From assembly GCA_900088475.1 (NCBI GenBank), contig FLMG01000570.1, positions 43 through 64,042 of the forward strand: DNA of 64,000 nucleotides. The letters run 5' to 3'. Positions 11,393-23,627 of the stretch are shown one piece after another. Source of the DNA: Hyphochytrium catenoides. Taxonomy: Eukaryota > Protista > Hyphochytriomycota. Every line of letters begins with the position of its first letter. The stretch's first letter is position 1. The position numbers and the translations under genes were made by a program. The notes below the pieces were generated by a model. That model ran no database searches. It was not told the origin of the DNA and saw nothing but the letters and a program-made list of their open reading frames with translations.

Positions 11393-13130
11393 ATGCAAGA
11401 CATCAACGCCATAAAATTGGCGGAGGGGCAGACCCCTTCGGCCCTGTTAGCCAGGATATTAGAGGACCGTGTGGAAAGCGAGCGCCAGGAAAAACTATAC
11501 AAGAGGGAACTTAGGAGAAGAAAGAGGATCGAAGAGAGTAAGATAAGACTTGGACAGGAGTCTGAGTGGCCTCAACTTCATCGGTTCAGTCGAGCTCAGC
11601 CCAAGGTCGACATACATGAGAATCCTTTCTGCGAAGAGCGACAGCTCGAGGACCAAAAGCACATGCGGAAGATGACAGAGCGCCTGAAGGCTGAGATTAA
11701 GCAACCTGAAACAAACTCATCAATCCGACCCACCCCTTCATGGACCCACAAACTAGAAAGGTAACTACTTTCGAGAGACGTTAAAGAAGTGGGCCGCATG
11801 GGCTGATCAGTGCACGTGTTGTCTTTCCACCTTGGCTCTATCTCAGGAGTGCGCTGGCTGCAAACCTGAGTTCTGCCTCCACCAAGCACTTTGGCCACCG
11901 TCCAGAAGTAAGCTACCCTATACGTCCTCCTCTCAATACCTTGATAAGCCTAACTCTGCCCATCTCCCGATTTCGTTAGACATCACAGCGACATTTCAAC
12001 CCTCTCACTATGGGAGCCGAGAACCAACCTGACGTGAGCAAAGGGATGACAGTGACAGCAAGGAACCACGCAGCTAAGCACAAGAAGATTGGAATGAGCG
12101 TGGAGGAGTTGGCTTTCCTATTCTCTGAATGTAAGATGCTTATCTGTGGCACTGAGGGGGAAACCCATTGTTGCAGCTAACCTTTGCTTTCCTTGACTCT
12201 GGACTTTACTATACCTTTGTATTCTTCACTCTCGCCATTACTTTGGCACCCAAGCCGGAAAGGATAGTCCCGAACCAGCAACAGAGCTGCCGTCGCTAGT
12301 AGCTGCTGAAAGCTCTCCTCCGCAGACTCCCAAAAGCAATATGGCTCCAGAGAAGATAAAAGAGCTTGTAAGAAGGACGAGCTGTAAATCCTCTATTGTC
12401 CAAGTTCCCAAAAACCCCTTTCGGCGAAGTTAGCTGTTCCCAGGATTATGTCGCTTCTATCTCTGGTGTCTCGCCCGCTCTTAGACTCTCCGTTCCCTCT
12501 GTCCTCCCGTTCCAATGACCCTCCTCAGGTTTTGACGCTGCTCTGTCCTCTTCTCCTGTCCGGCTTGATTTACAGGAGAAGAATTTCTACGTCTCACTCT
12601 CGAAGGAGCACAGCGCTAGACTCCCGTCTTTTATCCATCAACGGGATGAAGACCTCAGCCTCCGGCAGAGGATAGAGATCTTCAGAAAGAAGGCAGCTGG
12701 AGTTGAGCCCCTTATATCGTCCACTCTCCTTCAAACCGTTGAAAAGGGCACATTTTCTAAGAAGAGAGTCCCGAAGTTCCGTAGTATGCAGCAGCAGGTT
12801 GAAAGTGAAGAAATTCGAGAGCTCTTCAGGCGAGAGAAGGAAAGACAGGAGAGGCTCCAGCGGAAGATTGAGCACCATCGACGTTTAGTGGAAGAGGAGC
12901 GGTAAGCTGCGCGTGCACTCTCCCTTCTCCAAATCCTTCCCTAATAACAATGGCTTATCTTCAGATATGGAGTCCCTTACGTTAAGCCTATCCATCGGCA
13001 GCAGAGAGGTAAGGATAATGAGACCTTGCCTCAGGACACTAGCGCTGAACAGGCCTTAGGACTTGAGGAAGTTGGTCAATCGCCAGCGCGCAGCACTCAA
13101 TCTGACTCACATGGCCCAAATGGAGTCTAG
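11393..13130 (+). CDS. hypothetical charged/coiled-coil protein, multi-exon (5' end uncertain)
   Basis: Open E/K/R-rich exons (11393-11760; 12577-12901 EKNFYVSLSK...ERQERLQRKIEHHRRLVEEER) joined by GT-AG introns and ending in TAG at 13128-13130. No recognisable domain. Confidence 0.6.
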
Positions 13131-13298
13131 ATGTCTTCTCGTGTCCAACGTCTGTACTTCACTGCCGAATGAACACATCTTCAATGCCAGGAGCTTAGAC
13201 AGGGATGGGCAAAGCGATTAAGATGATAGATGACGGTTCCCGGCAAGACAGGAAGCACCGTTATTCAGCCCCATGTATGGAGAGAAAACAATTACTAT

Positions 13299-16200
13299 TT
13301 ATAAAGATGATCCACTATCCCTTCCGCGGCTCTTAGTGGTCTCATTCGTAGCCCTTTGCGCAGCTGCGGCCTCGACAAGCTCATCCAATATTCTTCCCAT
13401 AATTTTGAAGAACACTCGTTCGTAGACAGGCGAGCTTTCCTCAATGTGATGGATCCCGTTTGCCCTTTCTGAGAGAGAGGTAAAAGGCGCAGGAGACTCT
13501 GCTCTCGGTCCTTGAATATCCCATTCTGCACCTTCGCCACCGTTGAAGACAGCCGTCTCATCACCTTCTCTCTCTTCGAAGCGCGAGGGTGGGCAGTCGG
13601 CAGTTGAATCGTATTGACTGTTTAGTCTCGACATCAGAATCTCCGCTGTGTCCTGAGTCATTGATGGCTCTTCTTGGTTCCATGACTTGGGAGAGATGCC
13701 TTCCACTGAGCTTGTCTCAGCCTCTAAGGCGAACTTCTCGAGAAGACTGCTTGTTTTATCCCAGTCTCTTATGGGAGGATTTGACGCCCAGAAACCAGGA
13801 GGAGACGCAGGGGCGGAGTCGTAGCCATCAAAGCTTGAGCGGCCACTTCCGGGCGAGGTAGCAAGGATGTTAACATCCAACGAGATATTTAAAGGCTTCA
13901 CAAGTTTCTTCACTTGTGTATCGTTAAGTACAGCATTTACATCCGGCAAAAGAGGATCTGTAGAGTCACTTAGGCTCTTCATCTCCCCTACTCCGTCCAG
14001 TGCGAGCGATCTGGATAAAGAAGTTGAGGGTGCCTGGCCCTTTGGTTTAGAAACAGGTTTCGGAATGCTGAAGCTAAAGTTTTTCCGGATCTGGTCTCTG
14101 CTCGCGGTGGAGAGACAAGGATTGTCAATTGGCAATTGTTTAAGGTGGCCACCAGTCAAATAATAAAAGCACAATGCCAACGGGTTCCAATCGTACGCTA
14201 GCTAGTCGGCCTCAAAACGTCGTCTAAAGGTCAGGAAAACACTGCCATACTTAACGAGGAGAAGGAACAAGTTGCGGACTACCTAGTAATCTGCTCGCAT
14301 TTCTTGATACCAATCTCCAGAGCAGAGGGGTCGTCCAGGTTATCTCTGCACATAATCTGCGCTATTTCGAAAAGTGATAGACCGGTTTGAACTCCTTTCT
14401 TCAGCAGCAGACCGGCAATCTTGAAATTTCTAAGGCAGATGTCACGTAGTCCGGACAGTCTCTTTCGAAGCATTCTCACGTCTTCTTCTACGTCAATCTT
14501 CTCAACGTACTCCCGCGCTCGTTTGCTTAGGGGATTCTTTATCTACAAAATTAGAGCCATTAATTAGTGCAGGTGTCAATTTTTCGAGTTGTGCCCAACG
14601 ACTTCTTCTCCTCCCCGTTTCCCAGTACTGTGTGAGCTCATGCCATTGTCTTCCATAGTGACTGTTAATTCCTTCCTCGAAGCTGCCAGACGGTTTTTCT
14701 CTCAGCCACTCCACGATCCAGATCATCCAGATTCTATGTACTTGACGTAGAATAATGTATCACTGAAGAACTAAACTGAAGTCCACCCACATGATTCTCC
14801 CCTTGTCTATGTAAGGACGGTTGATAGCGGGTTCCCTTATTCAAGCACCAACTAGTGTTCCCCTTTGAAATGGTAAACTATCAATCGTACCTGGGGCCAA
14901 GAGAACCAGCACCAATCGCACCACGCAACGTCAATCTTGTCAGGCATACAGTAACCGTGATCAATAGGGACGAGACGGAGAACTCTCTCTCCCGTTAAGG
15001 AATCCCTTTTTTTCACCACTAGGAGGTTCGCATCGTGCCTATCCGTATTGATAATCCGGATGTCAAAGAGGGCAATTTTCTGAAGTTCTGAGTCCGAGAA
15101 CATGCTTGGAGAGAGATTACTCATCACGTCATGATGCTCAACGAATTCTTGCAGGGAGCCAGGTTTTGGTTCTCGATGTGCTCTTTCCATCCTAAACCGG
15201 AGGGTAACAGAGATTGAGATGCTAACAGAGTAACTGCAGCTGTAAACGAATGACCAAAGCATACGTTAAGCGAGCAACGTAAGGGCTAGACTGGGGAGAT
15301 GCGGAGGGTTACATAAAGTTCAAAAACTACATGTGTTCTCAGAGGGAAGAGGGCGCAACGTGGTCAAAAGAGGCTTTGAGTACGAGCACTCACCCTCTGA
15401 CAGCGGGATAGTTGAATGCCGGATGATAGCACTCTACTAACCCTGTAGGTGGGACCCCAGCGAAGCGGCCATGGTCCAAAAGGAAGGCCGCTACCTCCCT
15501 TTCACAGGCTTCGCCAGCAAGAATCCCTTCCCTTAGGCCAACCTGGGTAGCAGCGAAGGTAAGGTTCTGCAAAAACTCTTTCTATCTTAGAGGGGCAAAC
15601 ATATTTAGGTGACAAATATAACAGTGTAAATGAGATGGGAAAGCGAGGACAGAAAGATGCGGCGGTCACCTGTCCATTTCCTATTTGCCCTATCAATCCC
15701 CTAGGGTTGCAGTCTGCAAAAGGTTCTTCATCCCTAGGCTTAAAGCAGGCGACATAGCGCTTGTACGAGTCTTTCATAAAGTACGTTCCTCCCTGCCCCT
15801 CCATAGCTAGTACCGGGGCATAGCCAAGGTCTAGACCCCTCTGAACCTAGGACTCACAAGTATGAGGTGCCTCGAGTCAAACGAAACAAGGCTACAACGA
15901 GTCTGACTAGAGATACGAAGAGAGGTTGGTTTTTCTGCTAGTTAAGTCGTCTTGCATTTCATCTGTTAAAGTCATTGTACTATTCGAAGAAAACTAGAGA
16001 TGGAGAAAATGAAGAGTCTACCTGATGAAAGACTTTGAGCAACTCTCTTGGGCATGGCTGGCCTGCATACATCTCCACAAAACAACGATTCTGTTTGCCG
16101 ACGAGTGCTGAAAGGGTGGAGACGATTACCGTCGCCCCATCCTGGGCGACGAGACGAATTGCAAGGACGAGAAATGAGTAGAGAGTCAAAGGCACAGCTT

Positions 16201-16796
16201 AAGAAAAGGTGGTCAGGCGCACTTTGGCCTTATTTTAGCGGGAGGAGGGTTCGACTACGACCGATGCAAACAGGATCACAGGGCATGAGCTATAGTGCCT
16301 TGGTAAGGGAAACAGCTTTACGCTGATAAGAGATAACGTCGGTCAAGGTTGGATAGGAAGAAGATAGTGAGAAAGTCCGAGACTGGGAAGATAAGCACCA
16401 GGGAGTGAAATGATCAACACCGAAGCTCGTGACCTTACCTTGTAAATGCCGCATTCCTGAAGGCTATGTGTGTTCTTCAGCTCCCTGCCCTTATAGAATA
16501 GCCGCTGGCGGTCCACTGGGATATGAGTGTAGGCTGCTAACTGGTCTTTGACATCCTACGCCAACGTCTCACCATCCAAACTACCTTCACAACTTTGGAT
16601 GAATGTCTACCTTTACAGAGCACCAGACTTTCACGTCGAGTGGCCGTTTTCGCCCTGAGAGATCACGAATATCCCGGAAATACAGGCGAAGCCTCCTATG
16701 TGGACCCTCCGCATAACCTGCAGCGCCGGCTGAGACTTACGCTGAAAGTATGAACATCCATGCATTTGTTTTACCTCCTGGGAGGGAATGAAACAT
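13299..16796 (-). CDS. type II phosphatidylinositol 4-kinase (gamma-like) with an N-terminal ubiquitin-like domain
   Basis: UBL: SVKDVKDQL...[26 protein letters not shown]. Kinase: [67 protein letters not shown]. Long low-complexity tail. Start inferred. Confidence 0.9.
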
Positions 16797-17922
16797 CACT
16801 GCCAGCGCCTTGGCACACTTAGTGCCAGGCTTATTGAAAGTCTTCTGACCTTAGCGACCGCCAACACGAAGTAACGAAAGTCTAAGGTATCTGAAACCTG
16901 CCCCTCTTCATCTGGCTTTGCACTATGCACTACGACACCATAGTGCATCGAGAGCCAAAAATGGATCTCTCAAGAGACCAAGGCTCCAGAGAGTTCAAAT
17001 GTGGTTGGCAGAAACAGAAAGGATTGATGTGCTCACGAGCACTGGAAGATATCGCTACCGACCATCGTAAAGCCGTCCCTGCCCGCAGAAAAGTCCTCCG
17101 CCCTGTAGCCACAACCAGTGCACCCACCCACTGGCAGCAATTCCTGAGGATCACTAGTGGATCTCAGCAAGAACACTCCCGCCGCATGACGCTAGAGTGA
17201 GAGAACGCCAACAAGCACCTGGACCCCACGGAGAACTCCTAAAGTATCAGAGTCTGTCTCGCTGGAAAGAGTAGAGATCTTGAAGACCAAAGAGATGCAA
17301 GGTCGGCTATCTCCGACGTGGTGTCGCCAATCTTTGTCATCAAGTGAACGCGCTGGGCTCTGCATCTGTGATCCCTTGGTCAGATCATGAGCGGCCCCGT
17401 GTCTCCAGTCTCCATCAGCACTTTCCTGATGTATTGCTGCTGTCCTACAAGACGAGTGGGCGAGGATGAAACATTTCCTCTCTTGCCGCTGTGAAATCAT
17501 GTATCCTTTGCATTCTGAATAATAGCAATCCCTCTTCAGAATACCAACCTGTTTAGTGAACTGCAGTCAAGAACAGGGCGGATTATTGTACTGTACCAAG
17601 GGCTAAGGGTGCGTTGTCCTTGTTAGGTACAGTACAGTATACTGCGAAAGCTTCAATTCAGGGAAGGTTTCCGTGGGGAAAGTTCTGCTGCATCAGCTTC
17701 TGTCATTGATTGACCTTGGGCAAACCAACCGGCAGACTTTGGATCTGGACGGAGATCTCAACAGCTCGTAGGAGGGAAGTCTCCGAGCTCCATGCCAAGG
17801 GGTCAACTTGCCTGTGTGCTGCTAGAGCCGGACTGCAAGTAAATCGCAAGCTACCTCGACCGGCGGCAGATATCTGCTATTAATGCGGCCGAGCCCAATC
17901 TCATTGGGCTGTAGGCTTCAAG

Positions 17923-18410
17923 ATGGTGGACAGCTTGTTTGACAGCCACATGCCCTTTGACGATGACCACGTACCTGCAATTCAGGAAGAAGAACCCCAA
18001 GTCACCACCATTGAGACAAAACAAGCTCCAAAGCCCACCCTGAAGCGCTCGCGGAGGCCAGGAAGCTCGGTTGAAGCTTGTGCAGCTGCAGCATTCAAAG
18101 CCTTTGCCCAATCCTTACGCGATTATGCCACGCATTTAGATACGCTCGCCCAAAATCGACAATCCAGCTTGAGCATTGACCCTGACGCCCGGCTTGGGGC
18201 TAGTTCCAAGAAAGCTAATGGGAAAAAAAAGAGAAGATACTCAGAGCTGCTTGCTTCCACGTAAGTACACCATCAAAGATGGGCTGTTCGGCTCTCCTGA
18301 CCCTCATATGCCCTGATCCTTTTCTATGCAGCGGCTCTTCCAGGGAAGAGCTAAGTGACCACTTCGTCCCTTCGACTACGGACCCTTGGCACACTCAGCT
18401 TGATGTCTGA
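17923..18410 (+). CDS. hypothetical protein with basic NLS-like patches
   Basis: 113-codon ATG exon (KRSRRP, KKKRR), a GTAAG...TGCAG intron and a short last exon ending DV*. Confidence 0.55.
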
Positions 18411-18712
18411 ATGGTTAATGAATTGGAAGCTTAGTTCGTCGCTCCGGCACTTCTACCCCCATCCTTGCCCTGTGGTGAGGGAGGGAAGAGGTAACTGTCT
18501 CCTTGAAGACGCCCATCGTGTAACCTACGGGACCTTTATTTATTGATAAAGTATGAACTTTCGGCAACTCCTGATGATTAGCCTTGTAGGCCCACGTCTT
18601 CAAAGCGATCTCACAGAATCAGCAATATGTTATCGGCCAGACGTGGTTCAATATTGCGCCAACAATGCCCTGCGAGAGCGGTAGATACACTTATAGCGCT
18701 GCAATAGTGACT

Positions 18713-21700
18713 CTAATACCCCGCAAGGTCGTAGCCAACTTTGTTGAGGCACTCCAAGAATCGTGCAGCGTTGACTGTCTCGACATCCTGCCGGGCCATC
18801 TCCCCAACCATAAGAAGCTTCTTGATACCAATTGGCTGCAAAGATAACAGGTTAGCTTCCTAGATTTCATGTTAACAAGGACCGACACTAGGGGAAGGAG
18901 CCACCCAGCTGTAGAGTTGGTGTTTGTAGCGAGGACAGTAAAAAAAAGTGGGAAAGGGACGGGGTGAACCTGATTCATGCTGTGAGCTAGCTTGTCCAAC
19001 TCGCCCTGAGAAATTGGATACTCTCCATCGCCCAATACCTGGAAAGCATCGTGTTCAGATAACATAGTAAACAACATCGCGCTTAGCTTGGTATGATTGC
19101 TATGGAAGGAAGACTTACCGCTCTTATCTCATGCGGTGGCTGGACCATGGGAACTTGTAGTGTCATATCAAAGACCTTGGACAAGCCAAGCTCGTCCATC
19201 ACCACTGGTACAGCTGTGATGCCGATGACTAGTAACCTGTTGCCCTCGATATCTGGCTGCCTATTGATCATCACCAGGAGCGACTGCAGCACTGTATTGG
19301 AAAATCTTGGCCCAAGACGTACGTAGTCTAAAGAAAAAAGAGTCAGGTAGGACAAACGAGAGAAGGCCGTGAAACTCCTCCAGACGCAAATCCACGAATA
19401 GGTTAGGTGATGGCAGGATAGGGTAAATCATAAAGCAACAGAAAGAAGACACGCGATCAGAAGGAGGGAAAGAGAAGAAGTTCCACGACAATTATGTCCA
19501 CATTTATAAGCAAGAACTTAGCATCATCAAGCGCAGACAAATCAGACGAAGGTTCTCTGACCAAGAATTCGCTCCATATCATCGATGATTATTATGCTCA
19601 GTGGAGACCTGTAAGCTTCCTGGAAGGTCTGTCAAGTAAATCGAACCCCTCTGATCAGAATAGAGCAGCGAGGAACGTAGAAGATCATACGTCATTCGGC
19701 TTACCGAATGAATTTTGTTACTCTTTGTGGATTCCTGATAGCCAACAAGATCAGACGCGCTGATCATTCTGACTAGTGGGAAGTCACTTTCCACTGCAAG
19801 AGCAGCCGCGAGGGCAGTTTTTCCGGCCCCTGGATCCCCTTCCAACAATACAGATAGCAAGGGTGTCCGCGGGCTCTTTCGGATCTATGGGACGAGGACA
19901 TTGTCCACAGTATGCGGATTAATTGTGAGATGGAGGTGAGAGAGTGAGATACGACGGGAAGACATGAGAGTAGTATGGCCTTTCGTGGCCCACCTGTTCA
20001 ATGACAGTTCGCAAGGTGTTCATCAGGGATGTGAAGGTGCTGCCGTACGGGATGATGGAATTCTTGTAGTATCGAGTAAGCTGATCTACAGGGGAGCCAA
20101 ACTTCGGCTTCACTTCCGTCAGGGCCTTGTCGAAGTCTGAGAGAAGGAGCTAAATAGAGCTGTTAGTACCAGTTTTTCATGCTTTGCGCCCTATCCCCGC
20201 ATTGAGTCGACCATCCTCTGGATTTATCTACGTATTTCAACTCAAGTCTTCTATGTAGGAGCCCCCGTTCAAGGTCCTGTGAATCCTCTGTCCCTTTCTG
20301 ATCCCAAATTCACTCTATTTAGACAGTCATCAGCCTCCTCACCCCCTCGTGCTGCTTAGTTCTGACGGAGAACAAAATTCTGACCTGAGGTTTATAATTC
20401 GGATCCACTTGGAACTTCTTTCCATCGGTGCCTCTAACCATAGCATGGGAGAATGCCGCTCGAACAAGACCCTCAATCTCAGCACCACTGAAGTTCTTCG
20501 TCCTCAGGGCCAGGTTGGGAGTTTCAGGGTTGAAAATCCCTTTTAACCCGCTGTCAATGTCGGCCAGAACCTCCGGAGAGAGGAGGTTGTTCTCCCTAGC
20601 CCTCTTAGTGTGAATGTGAAGAATGTCAGCTCTCCCTTTCTCGTCTGGCAGGTTGATTTCTACATGCACTTCGAGTCTGCCAGGCCTCAGTAATGCCTCG
20701 TCTATCATGTCCTTCCGGTTCGTCATGCCGATGATAAGTATGTTGTTCAAAGAGTTGACACCGTCTATCTTGCTGAGGAACTGGTTTACGATAGAGTCGC
20801 TAACTCCAGTTCCGTCTCTAGACGAGCCTCTCTGCTTGGTAATGGCGTCAAGCTCATCCAAGATAATGATGTGGAGGTCACTCTCCTCTCCCAATTCCTA
20901 GGAGAGCGTGTCAGCTAACAGTTTTGCTATGGCCGTCATCGTCTTGTGACGAAGGGCCTTCTCCCTTAGCCTTATTCCTCCGACCACCTTCTCTGTCACA
21001 AAGAGACGGAGCTTTTGTTGTCCACGTTCACATCAATGAGTACATTGCTGTCCTACTCAACTCCTATGGTCCCCTGGCAAGTATCTTCTTCAACCCCTCT
21101 GGGGCTAAGCAATCTCGGGCTAACAAAACCTCAGGAGTTACAAGCCCACAGTAGATACCTGATAATCTTTTTCTGCGTCGGCGAAGAGTGCTCGAATGTT
21201 CTCTTCGGACTGTCCAACGTATTTGTTCAAAATTTCTGGGCCGTTCACGATCTTTGGTTCCTTTGCATTGAGGACCTTCCCGATCTGACGGGCAATGAGG
21301 GTCTTTCCGCAGCCGGGAGGCCCGAATAGTAGCATTCCTGATGGTCCAGACCGTCATTGGAAAAGAGACTTGGAATAAAGGAAAGTCTCCTCTAACTCAC
21401 CTCGGACGTGGTTGATGCCCATCTGCGCCACCAGGGATGCAGGATAGAGGCGGGAAGCAAACGCTCTTCGGAATATATCGTTAAATTCCTTGTCAAGACC
21501 TCCGATCCCCAGCTTCGTAAAATCAAAGTCAGGTGTAAAGAGCTGTGAGGCTTGCCTATGTGTCAAAATGGAGGACGAGGAGGGTTTGTTACTAATATTA
21601 CTAAGAGGAAACTCTCCTTTGCTCTCGCTGCCCTGGCATTTCCTCTTTTCGCCTTACCTAGCTACCCCCACACCTACTGCTCTTCTTATGTCAGGCGCGC

Positions 21701-22781
21701 TAGACGCTATGCACTTACCCCCCGGTTTTGCCAGTAAACTTGACTGGAGTATCTGATGTTTTTGTAAAGTCAATGTCCGTATTCTTCATTATCAGACCCC
21801 GATGGATGGCCATGTAAGAGGGAGCAGATTCGGTAGCTCCGGTGCTAAGGGATACATTCTTCAAAGATGTCACCTTCACACGGTACGCTCTCCCAGCAAA
21901 ATCTATGGCAAACTATCAAAAAAGCACACGGTAAGACAAAAGTATACTTTCAAGGAAACCGGACACTTTTCGCATCGAGAAAGTACCATCTGTCCAACTG
22001 TCATCACTTGGTTTCCAAATATTGCCTTAACCCGGCTGCTCAGCTCAGCTACGTCTATGGTAATCATCTCCTGAAGTAGTAAGATGATGGTCAGTCAGGT
22101 AAATGGTACCTCTAGAGAGACAGGTTCTCAGTGGTTCGCGCTAAAGCACGAGGAAGAGAAGCAAAAGAATCGAGAGGAGCAGATGACCATACAGAATGAA
22201 AGGAATAGCATTCTGTACCTTTACTCCTTTGGTGATCAACTGGAGTTCAAGCACCAGGCTCTGCAAAGCAACATCGGCAGAAGGGATGAATGGCACCAGG
22301 CTGACCTGAAAGTCATGGCCCCAAATCAGCCCTTGGCGCAGTAGAGAGCACTGTTGCAGAGTTACCTACCACTGTTCCAAGAGATAGCATTGCAGTTTGT
22401 CGTTGAGGCCCAGAGAAAGCGACAGAACCTTCAGCAACTTTGTCGTTGGGCCTGCATTGGGCCAATTCATTGAGGGTGCAGTCATGAGAAGAAAGTCTAC
22501 ATTGAGCAGTACCGGACAGTGAAGACCCAGTCCCCAACAGACACGTTGATGCCGTGAAGATTTACAACCTCATTGCTCAAAAGACTGTTCGGTGGTGAGC
22601 TCCGTATGCGAGCAAAGTCCCTGTAGCTCACTTCAGTCAGCTCGCAACCAATCAGCGGGATGAAGGGTACTTACGCATCGTTGACGTAGACACAGTTGGT
22701 AAACGCCAAAGAGTTTGCTGGCAAATTGTCAACCTTGAGATTATAGCCTTCTGGCCCTCGAGATCTTTCTGGTGCCCTCAT
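18713..22781 (-). CDS. NSF: vesicle-fusing ATPase NSF/Sec18
   Basis: N domain ([10 protein letters not shown]), [22 protein letters not shown]1 Walker A GPPGCGKT and Walker [27 protein letters not shown]2 [25 protein letters not shown]. All introns are GT-AG. Confidence 0.97.
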
Positions 22782-23627
22782 CTGTGTCGATCAAGCGATG
22801 TCCATTAAGAAAACTCGGCTTAAGATGTGGGCAAGTGAGCAAAGTATAGAACACCTACCTTCCGCTTGCTTGTCCTTCCGACCTTTTTGGATCCCAGGGA
22901 TGGAAGAGTTACCACAGTGAAAGGTTTCCTGGTAGCTCCTCAGCTTGCAGCTAATGGCCGCACAGAGTATCTCCGCTGTCCGCTGGCGGGAGGGAGAGAT
23001 CTTTGACTCTTATGCCTGCCGCCTGATGACCGAGCATGGGGAAGTCACACCTCTTTGGCTTGTTGGATGCAGGATGGTGGGAAGCCTGCCCAAACATCAT
23101 CACAACGGCTTTTCTCCAGGTCTTCCACCAAGGAAGCTAGGTCCCTCAATCTCCTGCTACTTCTGGCGTGACAAAGTGCCAACAGGTTTCGTGTTGTGGA
23201 TCCCTTATAAGGCCGTTGACGGCTAGCTTCAGGAGAAGCCGTTACGCTGCCCTTTAGCTTCACTCTTAGGCCGCGGATGACCAGCCCTCGTCCGAACGCC
23301 AGTAAGAAGAGCCGTAGAGTTGGAGTCTTTGACGCTGATAGGGCCCGAGTCCTCGGCAAATGACTGGCCCTCTTTTGCAGCAGAGAGGATAGCTGCATCT
23401 GCTGGTCGAAAGAACACGGTGGGAAGTGTATGTTAAGCTCTAATGGCGTAAATCTAGCTGCGGTGTGGACCAAGAGTTCCATTGACTCAGTGGCCGCGAT
23501 TCAGCTCTTAGGGGAAGACAGAGTGTGTCAATGACCAAAGGAGGGCTTCAAAATAGGCTAATGCCGGTCAAGAGCGCCGTTGTAATGGTTTCGTGAGAGT
23601 AGCATCCCTTGACAGTTTCTGGTCACA

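Noticed and set aside
11227-11395. In-frame TAG upstream of the 11393 ORF suggesting stop-codon reassignment
   Set aside because: Conserved genes here (NOB1, NSF, the tRNA-binding protein, the tetraspanin) terminate at TAG, and no conserved exon needed an internal stop.
16930-17500. ORFs upstream of PI4K as extra exons or a separate gene
   Set aside because: I could not build a phase-consistent, protein-like model; these may be 5' UTR.
23045-23482. 145-aa minus-strand ORF upstream of NSF
   Set aside because: No recognisable motif. It lies in the divergent promoter region and cannot be supported without expression data.
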